A DNA stretch of 64,000 bases, taken from the NCBI GenBank assembly GCA_051294375.1, contig CM119263.1:16408532-16472531 (forward strand), written 5' to 3'. The notes beneath the pieces are model-generated. The model had not been told where the DNA came from. It worked only from the letters and a program-made list of their open reading frames with translations, and made no database searches. The first letter of the stretch is position 1; each line of letters begins with the position of its first letter. Below are positions 48,894 to 62,371 of this stretch, piece after piece. The position numbers and the translations under genes were made by a program. The DNA comes from Paraspadella gotoi (lineage: Eukaryota > Animalia > Chaetognatha).

Positions 48894-51800
48894 TTATTTA
48901 TTGAATGAATGGATAATTTTTATATTGGTTGTACCAATTTCATAAATTAACACTTCAATGAAAACCGTATCTAAAGATATTGATATTAAAAATGATTTAA
49001 ACTGCTACAATACGTAAATGAGATTGAAGAACTCAATCTCAGTTGAAAAGAACTGCAAGTTATTTTTCTACAGACCTGTGTTATTTTTGCCTCAAGATAA
49101 CTTTGTCCGGTTTTCGGATAACTTATCACTAAGTTAGTCTTGTGAATGAGACGTTTTGCTCTGTCTAAAATCCAAAAGCTTTTGTTTCGAGGACAGTGAC
49201 CACTGTCTATCTTACGGAAAATACCTCGAGGCAGATTGNNNNNNNNNNTACGTATAAACAAATAAGCAATTTCATACAGGAGCTTGCCAAAAAAGTGGAC
49301 AGTTATGAGAAAAGAAGAACGGACGAAATCGGATGAAGAGAAGAGGCCGACTTGAAATATACGCGCCTGAAAAACGCCAGGGGCGTCGCCAGCAACCCAC
49401 GCCGTCGGAAACTCTGAAAGAAAGGCCGGCGGAAACTGCGACCGTAAAAACGTTCGATGGGAACATTTTTCGCGGTTATTTATCATTCGGTCCGAGAACC
49501 GCGACGTTGGAAACATTTTCGTCGTCGCTCCGCGGCCTCTTTCGCTTCTTTTCAGCCACGCCCATTTCATTCTAAATCCCATATTGCGAAGCGACATTCG
49601 AAATTAATTATTATGCGAAAATCTCGTGCTCATTTGCATATTTCTGTAGCTGAATGCACATTACATGTTTGTAAATAATGTTTATCAGAGGTCAATTTCA
49701 TTTCAAACTTGCCCCGATCAAAACGCCCTTTTCCCCTTTTAAACTAGAAAACATTTTTCCATTCAATTTTTTTTTTTACATATCCCGCCGGGAATTTTCT
49801 CCTTTTTTACTATTTTTTTTCCTCAGTTTTCAAACTGAATGGTTTCACTTCCGGATCCCCAGTTGCGCAAGAGCCTCAGCTTTGCGGAGGGTGGGTTCCC
49901 TCTGCACGTCTCGTCCTTTCCGCCCCATGGGCACGGCGCGCGGCCCTTCAAAAGAAAGCCGCGGGACCGAATCGAAGCTTTTATGCCCAATTTCGTGTCT
50001 CTTTTTGAGGCCCGAAGTTTTCTCTTTCGGCCTCTTGACACCATGAACCAATTTTATAATTTTTTAACGAAGCCTTCCCTGCAAAACGTCCCAATACCGT
50101 TTTAACGTTTTAAAAGCATTTAATTATTCTTTAGTTAGCCTTTTGTTATAATGATCAACCATCATATGTCTTTTTTTCAAGCTCAGTCTCTCGCTTCCAT
50201 TATTTTTACCCATAATCCTTATCTTTTTCGCGTATCTTTATCTCGTCGCTGACTCCATCCCTTCGATCTATCCAAGTTTCTTCCTTTGTTTCGTTTTTCA
50301 AACTGAATTTTCCCCCCAAAAGGTTAAAAAGTAAGTTTCCACACTTTTGTTGGGGCAAAAAAAATCGGGAAGAAAAAAACAAAGGGGGAAAAATATTCGG
50401 GCCGAATGACGTTACAATTTCAGATTTAAACAAAATTCTATGGATTTTCAAAACATATATTATATTTTAATCCGAATTTTTTTAATCAGTTTTTGGTCAT
50501 TCGGCAACTTTTTTATCGTCTTGATCAATGATCGTCTTATCCTGGTCGTAAACCAGTCTCCGTATTGCTTATTACTGTCATTCCTATTCGTGCTAACCGG
50601 TCGTACAAAATTGTCCAACATACGGGAAAAAAAATACGATTGGCTCTTCGCTTCCCTTTTCCCTGGATATTGACACAATTTCAACTTTTCGTGCTGCGTA
50701 CTTTAGCAGTCTGTTTCCCTAATTCCTCAAAGAATTCTCCTTTAAACTCACGAGTGAAAAAAAAAGAAAGAGACACATAAGAAAAAAAAAAGCAAAAAAA
50801 TCTAGGTGCAAACATTTTCTTCTTCTTGAAATGGAGATCGATTCTAGGTTCTCAAAGGTAACAAAAAAAAAAAAAAAAAAAAAGCCGGCCTCCCTTCCAT
50901 CTCATTCCAGGTTCTTGGGAGTTCCCCTTGCCCTCCCTTGCCGATCTTCCAATGCCTCCTTTTACCCTCATCTCTCCAGGCCCCACTCTCCTTTGAGTCC
51001 CAAGGCCCGCATTTGTTTTTCTCTCGCAACCGAAGCGAGGCGGCGCCAATGAAATCCCCGCTTTTGTGTGGAGAGCGTGGGGTTGGCGGGGCGGAAAGGG
51101 GGAAGGGTTAGTGAAAGGGAATTCACGGGAAGGACGACGGACGAAATAAAAAGGCGAAGTTTTGTGAAAAAGCGCCAGGCCCAGTGATGGTCGAGAGATG
51201 GTCGCGATTGGGTGAGTCAATGATAAGCGGGAGATTCGTTAGATTTCCGTAAGTTGAGGCGGTGAGGCAGTTGGCGGGAAAAGCCATTGAGGACGGAAGG
51301 TCGCGAGGCGTACCCGAAGACGCGCGACGGAAAGCGTTAAACTTTAAAGCGAAAAAAAAGAGATACAACTGGGGAGGACTTTCTGTTGGAACATTTTGGT
51401 TTATTTATTAGGAACTAAAGGGTGAATATGTTAGCTTTATTAGCCTTAGCGATATCGTGGTAGTCAGTTATTATTTTATGTCCATCTAAATAATTTTAAA
51501 TGACTAAATTGATGTAATTTCGAAAAAGCTTATCAATCGACGTTAGACACCGATTTCTTTGAATTGCGAATCTTTAGGTCGTATTCATCCTCTTTCCACT
51601 ATTTACATTTACTACCAAGCCGATCTGCCCAAACGCATGACAACCTCTTAAACCACAAATCACCGTCTCTTTCCAGTCGATCACAACAAGGCTTCACCAC
51701 CAATCACTAATCTTCTCTCAGCCTCGGTTTCCATCTTCCCTCTCAATCTCCTCCGGAATCTTGAGATTAAAAAAAAAATCAAATTGAAAATTGCAATTTT

Positions 51801-53122
51801 TTTTTTTTCGAGGGGACGAAGAGATCGATGAGAAAATGAGGTGGGGGGGCGGGGGGGCGGGAGTTTCGAGTTTTGAATCTTAATTCGTCGACACCGAATT
51901 TACAGAATATTTAATGAGTTTTTAAAGTTGAAAGGGAAGGAGGGAGGAAAGGAAAGAAGGAAGAAAGGGATTGAGACGAGGCAGATAGAAAAAAAATAAT
52001 GGAAGAAAAAAAAAAGAACGAGAGAAACCATAAAAAAAAGAAAGAAAACTATAAAAAAGAAAGAAAGAAGGAGAGAGAGAAAAAAAAAGCTGGGATTATA
52101 CGGGGCTGATGTTAGCGGCGAATGGCCTCGATTATGGTTTCGGCGGAAACCGCGGCGAGAATGCCATAATTTCCTCAAGGGCTAATTCTCGAGTCCGTGC
52201 CCCTTTTCCCTTTCCCGCTTTTATCGTGGACCTTGGAACGGTGACCGTTAGTCGATCGGTTATGGTTTAAACTGCTACTGTTGGATCATTTCGTACTTTT
52301 TTTTAACCACAATAGTCAAACTAACATTAAATTTTTCTTAGTCGAACTGAAGCCGCTCTTTTCGTTAACTTTCTCCTCACGCTTAAAAAAAAAAGAAAAA
52401 AAAAAGAGCAATAACTGCGTCCATTTTATTTCCTCGACAACGTTGACCTAGAAACCTTTCATAGAGCGAACGGAGGCTTCCTCTGCGCAACGGCCACGCC
52501 CATCATTCACTCGCGCGACCTTAAAAAACGGCGTTTCTCGGCTCTGACCAAAGTGACCACCGCCGCGCGCTGGGCAGCGTCGCCGCGTCCGGTTCACGCC
52601 GACGCTCCCACTCGCCCCCGCAGCGCCCGGTGTACGCCACCGCCGCCTCCGACGCAGCCGCCGCCGCACGTCGCCGGAACCATAAAACATCCCGACGGCG
52701 ACGCGAGAGATAATTCAGCGGAAATGGAAAACGTTCGTCATCGATCGAATCCGTCCTCTTCCTCGTTGTCGTTGTTGTTGTCCGGGAGTGTGAGGAGGAA
52801 ACACTTTATCTTTGAGCATAAAGAATGAGGCAACACTCAGAGTTGCCTGGCGACGTAAATTGGTTTCACTTGCCTACTTTCTGACATAATTTTGGTTATG
52901 TTTATAATATTTTGGGACCGTACACTTTGGGGTTTTTTTTCCCCAAAAATAATACATGAATGCCAAAGTTTTCGAGACTTGAGAGAAGTTATCCCACGTT
53001 CATCTGAAAAGGCGTAAACGCTCATCTCCCCAGCAGTTCGGTTTTGGTGTAATAATGTCGGGAAGGAAACATCGGGATTGACACCGAACGTTTCTTTTGT
53101 TTTGACGGGGAATTCGCGCAGT

Positions 53123-53224
<102 letters not shown>

Positions 53225-54501
53225 ACTCAAGGGAAGGGGTGAGAGGGAGAGACTAGGATGAATCATTCTCGAAATACTAAAAGAGGATTGGTCGGAGAAC
53301 GGATGGAAAGAAAGAATAAAAAGAATGGAATAAGGAGAGAGAGAAAGGAGATTGAAAAAAATGAGAGCGAGCGGATAAGAAAATGGGACTGAGGCTTTAG
53401 TCGCGTAACCAAATGAAACAATCGAAACAACGAAAGACAAAAACGGATAAGAAAAAAAGAAGGAATATATATTTGGACGAAGCTAAAGGGGGAAAAAAAA
53501 GAAAAAAGCCAAGGAACGAAGAATAACGAATCGTTGATTGTTAAAGAAAACAAAAAACATGGAGCTCGAGTTTTCCGAAAAAAATAATTCCCAACACAAA
53601 ACTATTCGAAAACCGAAAGAAAAAAAAATATCTTGGTATTAGTAATATTCTTCAAAAAAAAAGAAAGACAAGAAAGAAAGAAAAAATACGAGGGCGAAAG
53701 GAAAACAATGAAGGCTCATTCCCAACAATCGGAAAGTCTGCGTCGAATCTGTTTTCCAGCGCCTCTATTGTATCCTCTCGAAAGGCGAACGGTTGAAACC
53801 GACAAAAGAACAATGGGGGGAACTCACTCGCGAGAATGTGAAGAGGGTGACGATGACGATGACGATTTGGATGGCGAAAGAGATGAATACGGCGAAGAGG
53901 TGCGAGTCGATGATGATGATGATGAGGATGATGATCGTGAGTATCACAGAAAAAAGAGGTGACGTTGATTGCCCAAAAGATACAAAGAGACATTTATCAT
54001 TACCATCACTTTTCCTCGATTTATTCAATTTTCGTGAAAAGGTTTTTTTTTTGGCTCAGACGATAGTGGAGTTAAGCGACGTCGAGTAAAACCGAAATCA
54101 ACATCAACGAAAAAAAAAAAAAAAAAAAAAGAAAAACGGGAAGATGATTGAGTCCGATGTTGACGACGACGACGACGACGAACACGACGATCGAGATGAT
54201 GAAGACGACGATCGAAATGAAAGAGCGAGTTTTTGCAAAGTCTTGCCCAAATTCGGGCTTCCGAATCCTTTATAAACCTCGTTAACGAGAAGGTTGGATC
54301 TTCCCGCCGATAAACTTCGAGGTTCGATCAAAAACTAAACTCCAAATCTCTCCGCGATCGACTTCACACGCTGCCTCGTCCGTTTTCAAAACGAACCAAT
54401 CCAATCATCTAACGCTCCCTATCCTTCCCCACCCCTTCAACCCCCTCTCCCCCGTCCGAAGGCTTCTTTCTCCTCATCGCTTCGCGATCGCGGATCGAGA
54501 G

Positions 54502-54572
<71 letters not shown>

Positions 54573-55154
54573 GAGAGAAGAAAAATTGTTTTTCGATTTT
54601 TATTCTCTTTTTTGGTGATTTTGGGGCAAAACTGTATCAGCGAAATAAAACAACAACAAAACTAAGACCGTTGAAAAAAAAAATTGTTATTTAGCGTATA
54701 AACCTGGCCAATTTTCTCTTTCAGAACTTTTTCTGCTGTTGTGATAAAATAAAGCGAATGAACAAAAAAAAATTCTTCGGTCGTTACTCGTAAGCCGTTA
54801 CATGTTGACGTTTTCATGCGTTACAGGATGTGTTTTTCTTTAGCATATTAATCATCCGAAAAAAAAAGGAATAACAAAAAAAAAAAAAAAAAAAAAAATT
54901 TTTCGCTCATATTTGACGGAGAACGCATACAACCATTTTCACCATCATCTACATTAATCTCGCCAACTGAGTCGTAAAATGACGACCAACTCGTCAAAAG
55001 GCGACTTGTAAATTCTTATAACGGTCACCGAACAGAAACTTCGAAAGATTTTCCGGGATTTAAAGGAACGAATGAGAAGCTCGTCCTGAACCGAGCTCAC
55101 GCGTCCCCCTTTTCTTACCTCACCATTTATTACCTCACTTGGCCCGGAATCAAA

Positions 55155-57638
55155 ATGAGAAACTTTAACGAATTCGAGTTTTTTCGAATGATGGAAGAAC
55201 AAAATCGTCTTTTGCACCTTCTGTCCGTTCACAGGTGAGTTAAATATAAAATTAAAACGAATTATTTTGATCGAGTAAGGGATTTTTTAAATTTATGAAG
55301 TCTTAGAAACAAAGATCACAAAATAATATTGGTTTTAGTCCCCCTGGGGGCCGCTCCCGGGGGGCTGCCTCGCGGGGCGCCCTTTGCTCTAAAACCGGAG
55401 GGCGGGTAGTTTTGGAAGATGACATACTTGCTCTCTCTTTCCAGAATCGGATCGGACGGCAACACGGTGCTCCACAAGGCGGCCTACTTCGGAAGGCTCC
55501 GACTCGTTAGTCAACTCATCGACTGGGGAACGATTTTGGATCAGAAGAATACGGCGGGGGAGACAGCGCTGACTTACTCGTTGCTGGCCAGACAGACACA
55601 GGTAATAGAAAAAAACAACACTTTATTTGAACTATTAAGCGTCTTGACTAGACCTGAAATATTAAAATAATCGGCTCTGTTATGCACAACAAAATATAAA
55701 AAAATCCGGAAGCGAAACAGACGGTTCACGAAAAGAAGAGACTCTCTTATCCAAATCACTTCCTTTTATATTTACCGTAAATCCTAATAGAAGCAGCTTT
55801 TGTTTGGATCTTCCTCCCTTCAAATAGGACTCGATTAAACGTATCATTTTTCTCCTTTTCTTATTTCTTAGAAAAAAAAAAAAAACTATTTTTTCTTCCT
55901 CTGCTTTGTTTTGTTTTTCTTTCTCTTTCGTTTTAATGTATTAAGTTTTCTATCCCTTTCTCTTCTTTAAAAAGTTCTAAGAATAAAAAAATAAAAGATA
56001 ATAAAAAAATCATTAAACATTTTATTCATTTCATGAGCCATGAGGGCATCGATCACAAATATTCTTAATGGCTGGGATCGATGTAGACGATAAATCTATT
56101 AAAACGATAGATGAACAAAAAAGAGCCAAGTGAATTGTTATACTCCATCATTTTCAACTCACTTTCCTTCCCAGGTCTCTCGTCTCCTCATCCAACACGG
56201 CGCCGACGTTAACGTTCGTCCGGTCGGTCGGAAGCAAGGTGGCGCCACGCCGTTGCAAGCGGCTATGGCCAACGAGGACGCCGCTATGGTGGCGTTAATC
56301 GTCGACGCCGGGTGCTCCATCTCCCAGGAGGCATTTCTGGATAACGTTTCGGTGGGTAACAGTGAAAGAAAAAGGGGGAGGGATAAAGGTTTCACTAATG
56401 AAGCGATTACGAAAAACTAACCTAATTTTTCTTTTACTAAATCCTCAATTTTCTTTGAAAACAAGCACCAAAATGTGAAATATAACTTGGTGACGTTTAT
56501 AAAACCAGGAAACCCAACAGACTCTACTTGTGTCATTTAATTTAAACTGTTTTCTCTTTGTCAAAGATAGTTTTAATTAAAATTTTAAAATATTTTTTGA
56601 TCGAACATGGGATCTGAATTTTTTTCGTAATTTCTGGGATAGTCGAGATGATTTGATTTGTCTCTTGCCCCGAATTAGGTGGACGAAATCAAAGACTACG
56701 CCTCCAAAGACGAGATGGCGGCGCTCGTGCTGCGTCTGCATCACTACCGCACCTGCCGCCCTTCCTCACTCCAGCAACTCTGCCGCAAAGCCATTCGGTC
56801 CCAAATGCGGAAAAGCGCCAAGGGACGAGACATTTGGGGACGGATCGAGACGCTGGAGTGTCCAAAGATCCTCAAGGAATACCTCACCTTCAGGACGCCT
56901 AGCGATTTCGGCTGCGGTGGACGTCACGACTGTGATGATAACCGACCCATCAATGCTGGGGTTGGCGGCGACGGTATTGTCCCTGCTGCCGCTGCTGCCG
57001 AAAGCGAAAGGGGAGTCAACCAAGCTCAAAATGCTATTGCCCTGGTTGTCGATGTGGATGAGGACCCTAGTAACTCGGTTGATGCTGGGGTTATTGCGTC
57101 CGCTTCCGCTGACGCATCCGCTTCTGCCCCCACAGCCGCTTCCGATTCCACAGAAGCCGATGTTGATGAAGTCTTCTCGACAGATTCACTCGCGCCAATC
57201 TTCGACTCTTGCCTGGAAGCGGTAGTCGAAGACGTCGTCTCCGACTTCAATGACCAAAACAAACATACTAACGACCAAGTCAACTCATCGCACGTCTCTC
57301 ATGTTTCATCTCTTTTCGAAGAAGCGCCGTCCATCCCCTTCGTCGCAACGAACGAATCCGTCGATTCCGCTCGCGATTCCGCCAGTCTCGAAGCTGCGAT
57401 CGGCGCCGCCGTCGACGCAGCGCCGCTCTTGAACGATGCCGCGTCCGAAAACGAAAACGATGCGCTCCAGATTGCGGTAAATGAAGACAACGTCGATGCC
57501 AACTCGTCCGTCGTTTCCGCCGACGTCGTCGTTGATGATCGAAGCGGGCAAGGCGTAAACCGTGTCTCTCCGTCACGTCATCGGCGATATTCGCGGCGTC
57601 GGAACGCGTCACCCATCGACGTGGCTATAGTCACGTGA
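55155..57638 (+). CDS. Ankyrin repeat and SOCS box-containing (ASB-like) protein, ~457 aa, 4 exons
   Basis: Exons 55155-55234 (start tentative), 55445-55601, 56175-56351 and 56679-57638 are all GT-AG and in frame (1374 nt). Ankyrin motifs: DGNTVLHKAA, AGETALTYS...LLIQHGADVN, GATPLQAA...IVDAGC. SOCS box: PSSLQQLCRKAIR...IETLECPKILKEYL. Confidence 0.9.
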
Positions 57639-58148
57639 CTTTTGAGCGATTAAAGAGTTTTGATTTTCGATACATATCATGTGCGATTTTTTTTATGCTT
57701 TATTATATGATTTTATATTCTTATACTTTTTTTTACAACAAAGTTCGTTTATTAAGAAACCATGCCGATTCTTCGATAGAGAGCGGAAAGACGCAACTTA
57801 TCTAAACGTCGGGTCACCGAGACGTTGGACATGAAACTTACATTTTTACGGAGACTTCGAAGAAAAAGAATCTTTCCAAGTCGGGCTCGGTTTTGAAATC
57901 AAAACTCAAAAATCTTCCGTGTTAAAAATACTTTCTGTCTCCGAAGGTGGATGCCTTTTCTAACGTTTTATTCTTTATTGGTCCATATATATACCGTAAA
58001 AGCTTATAACCGCTGGCACCATCTCCATAGATTCTTATCGAAATTTCTCTCCTTTTTTTCGCACCTTCCTATTTTGACTCGATAAGTTTCTGGGGCGCGA
58101 ATCTCTTCGCCTCACCCATCACCGTCTCTCCTTCGGTTCGATCAAACA

Positions 58149-58260
58149 CTCCCGCTTGTTCACGCCCCCCCTCTCCCCGTTCTGACACGCTCCCCTCTCC
58201 CCGATTGTCACGCCCCCCTCTCCCCGCTTGTCACGCTCCCCCCCTCTCCCGCTTGTCACG
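58149..58260. repeat. C-rich minisatellite, ~24-bp unit, ~4.5 copies
   Basis: Unit approximately CCCGCTTGTCACGCCCCCCTCTC. Confidence 0.85.
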
Positions 58261-61015
58261 GCTCGAGCCTCTCCTAAAAGACGCCATTTCTCCACGTCAC
58301 TTCAATTCGTGAGACTTTAACCGCTTCTTTTTTTTAAGACGATCAAGTTTAAGGTTTTACTCCTTTTTTTTTCTCTTTTTTTTTAGCTGATCCCAGTCAT
58401 ACAGCGACCCGTTTCTTATTCGATCACAGACCACTTTTCAATCTCTAAGTTATTTATATCTTTTTCCAATTGCTCCTTCTTTTTAAACGCTCAAAGCCAG
58501 TTCGATTCTTATTTTTTTCGAAAAAAAACATTAAATCTTTTTATTTTTTCTAAAAAGTTCCCATTGTGTTTAGCCATTTTTTTCCTCTTTATCTTTCATT
58601 TTTCGCTTGTTTTGACGTCGGCCCCACCAATCCTTGGTATTCCCCCCCGGTCCTTTTCAATGAAATACATTTTTTTCACATCTTACATGTTCAAGTCCTC
58701 ACAGTTCGCGCCATTTCGTTCCACGTCCATTTTTTTTCTCAAGTGCCACGCCCATTTCTTTTCCCTTTTTTTTGGCCTCGAAAATCGACTTGTTTCCGCT
58801 GATTGGTTCCTCGTTGCGGCGAAGAAGGAATGGCTTCAATTCCCGACTAAATGACGGAAAAATTCCAAAGGTGGAGTTTGGAAAGCGATTCGGCTCATGT
58901 AAGTGAAAAGAAACAAAAAACCGACCGCGCACTTGGGTGGGGGGGGGGAAGTGATATTGGCCAAGTTGATGAGTTATATGTGTAAATAAAGAACCGGATT
59001 GGCTTGGTGAGATGGGAAACGGTAAGGTATCTCATGAGAAGTGAGTTAAATAAAGAAGCACTAAAGAGACTAATAGGACTAATAGGAAATTTAAATTATG
59101 ATTAGCTTCAAGAGATGGGGCCCCTCGATCTGAGCGATATCATGGCTCATGGCGCTTCGATTAAAAGTTGAGACGAAATTAAAAGAAAAAAAATTGATCA
59201 GTGACATCGCGAAAGGCGGAGCAGCCAAATAAAAACTCGGATCGCAGCGGTAATGAGTTTGGAGAAGAGCGTTTTTTCTCTGNNNNNNNNNNNNNNNNNN
59301 NNNNNNNATATGGCAGACCCGCATTTTTCTTGATGAAAAATTCTCCCCAGTCTTTCGCCGCGCGACGAAACTAAACGAGCGCTGGTCGAACGTTTTCGGC
59401 AAAGTGGAACGTAAGGTGGACGAGAAGATCTACGAGAGTTTGGGGTGGCGAAGTCAGCCGCGCCCGCCGCCACACTCGGCTAGAGTGAAACATTAGAAAT
59501 TGACCGGACACTGTACATGCCGTAAGAAAGCATGTCGCTCGCGCGTGGATTCGTTAACACAGGGGGTGGTTGGCGGTGGAGCGACTGGAGCCGTCACGCA
59601 CTCGCAGTCGGAGAGAATAGAATCGAGCGGGTCGAGTAAACGGAAGACGGGTGAGCGAACTTAGAGGTCAAGGAAAGGTCTCGGGGACAAGTTGTGGGAG
59701 AAAAAGGTTTTCTTGTCTTGGAGGAGAAACTTCGGTTGAGTTCACAAACGGCCTTTTTTTGGCCTCCCGAGAGAGCAAGCAAGGGAAGAAAAAGAAAAAG
59801 TGCCCGGGCGGAAATTCGATCTCTCTCCGCGAAATCTCGCAACCAAAAGAACCAAACCAAACAAAAAGCAAAACTGCCATGTCGGAATAAATTCTCTAGT
59901 CTTCTCTCAAATCTCTGGAAACACACAAGGCACTTTTCTTACCTTCTCTCTTTTTTTTCTCAAAATCCTCTTCGTACTTCAACTTGATCTTTTCTACTAA
60001 CTCTAAGTCTTTTAGTATATGGTATTATTATGTAATCCTTGCTTACTGTCTCTCTCTCTCTCTCCTCTCGCCTCTCTCCTCCTCCCTTATTCCCTCTCAC
60101 TCAATTACCTACTTCTCTCTTCCTCAGCGTCCCGACGCGAGATTTCGGGCCACAGTTCACTGGGACCGTCATAACGAACCGCCCTGTGCCGTCATACGAC
60201 CCGGCATCGCACGCTCATGCACTGCTCGCCCGCGCGAGACTCCGGCGGCCCGGATGCTGGAACCGGCGTCCTTCGGCGTCGTTTCCCGGCGGGAAAACGC
60301 TTCGTCACGGTCTCCATCGCCCGGCCGCGCTCGAGCGCCCGGGATCGCGTTTACTAAATGCGCACGTGCGTGAACGCGTCCCCCCCTCAAATATTCTCAC
60401 ACTCACGGCAATATTTTATCCCCCCGCTTTCCTAAATACTAATCATTACTTCCTCTCTATCCAGGTGCACGGCCCGTTTTAATTTCCCCTCGTTATTTAT
60501 GTTAACCCCCTTTTTTTAGAATAAATTATTCCCCTGATTTTTTGATTTTCTTTACCTAGTAAAGACTTTTTTCCTTATCCTTTTTTCTTTCGCTACTTCA
60601 CTTTTATCCAACTTCCCGCGATTTCCTCGAACTCTTTTCAATCTTCTCGCTCTCATGCACTTTTTTTAAATTCAATTCTTCCAAACCTTTTTGCCATCCT
60701 CTTCTCAAATTTTCTACTTCCTTAATGACTTTGTTCCTCTCACTACCTCTGTCTTTCCTTATGTTATTTTTTCCCTCTCTTTTTGTCGAACATTGTACAC
60801 CCCTCCTTCTGCTCTCCCTCTCTTCTTCTTCTCCTTCTTTCCCTTTTGGTCCTGTTCTACACACTCGCCTTACTCATCTACCTTCTTCTCAACATTCTCG
60901 TCTCCGCTTTCCATTTCTCAACTCAGCTCCCGGGTTCTCTGCGCCTTCGCCGTCGCACGCGTCACGCGATACTTAGTTGAACGCGCGGCGTGAAGAAGGA
61001 GAGAGAGAGAGAGAG

Positions 61016-61085
<70 letters not shown>

Positions 61086-61086
61086 C

Positions 61087-61140
<54 letters not shown>

Positions 61141-61355
61141 TGAGAGAGAAGGTAAGGAAGGCCAACAGTGGGGCCAAAAAGGGAAAAAAAAAACGAAAGT
61201 ATAAAAGAAAAGAGTACCCTCCTTATGCAGGTGGAGAGAAGAGGGGGGAAAGAGAGAAAGAAGAAAGTAAAGAAGTGGCCAGAAAGTTGAGAGGATAAGT
61301 AAAAGGGTGAAAAAACTTCACCTCACCTTATTAATTTTTCACGTGAGAGAGGAAG

Positions 61356-61386
<31 letters not shown>

Positions 61387-61560
61387 AGGAGCAGCAAGAG
61401 AAGGTAAGGAAGGCAAGTGCGGCAAGAAAGGAAAACGAGTATGAATTGAGAGGATAAGTAAAGGGTTGAAAAAAACATCACCCACTTTAATTTTTTTTTC
61501 ATGCGAGTGGAGAAGCAGAGAGAGAGGAGAGGAGAGAGAGGAAGAGAGGAAGAGAGAGAG

Positions 61561-61593
<33 letters not shown>

Positions 61594-61599
61594 AGAGAG

Positions 61600-61998
61600 A
61601 GAAAGACGAGCGAAAGTCCCAGTAAAAGCATCGGCATCTGATTTTTTAAAGTGAATAAACATGAAAAAAGTTTAAAAAAAAATGAGGGTAATAGAAAATT
61701 AAACGACGACGGAGAAGCGAGCGATAAAAAAAAGGGAAGATCCGATAGAGGTTGAGAGTGATAAAACGCTGGAGGGAACTAGAAACAAGGCGAGGAAGAG
61801 AGAAAAGGAGAGCAAGAAAGAGAAGAGAGAGTAGAGAGAGAGAGAGAGAGAGGAGAGAGGAGAGAAGAGAAGAAGAGAGAGAGAAGAGAAACGAGAGGAG
61901 GAAGAAGAAACCAGATTTTTTTTAAACCTTTTTTTCATTGTTAATTACACTTTAAAAAATCCAGATGCCGATGCTTTACTGGACTTTCGCTCGCTCTC
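61600..61998. repeat. Inverted repeat, ~80-bp arms (61600-61682 and 61916-61998)
   Basis: CGAGCGAAAGTCCCAGTAAAAGCATCGGCATCTGATTTTTTAAAGTG pairs with CACTTTAAAAAATCCAGATGCCGATGCTTTACTGGACTTTCGCTCG. Confidence 0.85.
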
Positions 61999-62000
61999 TG

Positions 62001-62310
62001 GAGGCTAACACTCAGAGTTGCCTGGCGACGTAAAATTGGGTTTTCACTTGCCTACTTTCTGACATAATTTTAGGTTATGTTATAATATTTTGGGAGCGCG
62101 TACACTTTGGGGTTTTTTTCCCGCAAAAATAATCCATGAATGCCTAAAGTTTTCGAACTTGAGAGAAGTTATCCACGTTCATCTGAAAAGGCGTAAACGC
62201 TCATCTCCAGCAGTTCGGTTTTGGTGTAATAATGTCGGAAGGACATCGGATTGACACCGGAAACGTTTTCCTTTTGGGTTTTGACCCGGGAAATTTTCCC
62301 AGGTGGAGAG

Positions 62311-62371
<61 letters not shown>

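Noticed and set aside
53633-54331. Acidic poly-Asp ORFs upstream of the ASB gene
   Set aside because: They derive from GAT/GAC trinucleotide tracts; no splice link to the ASB exons or domain evidence was found.
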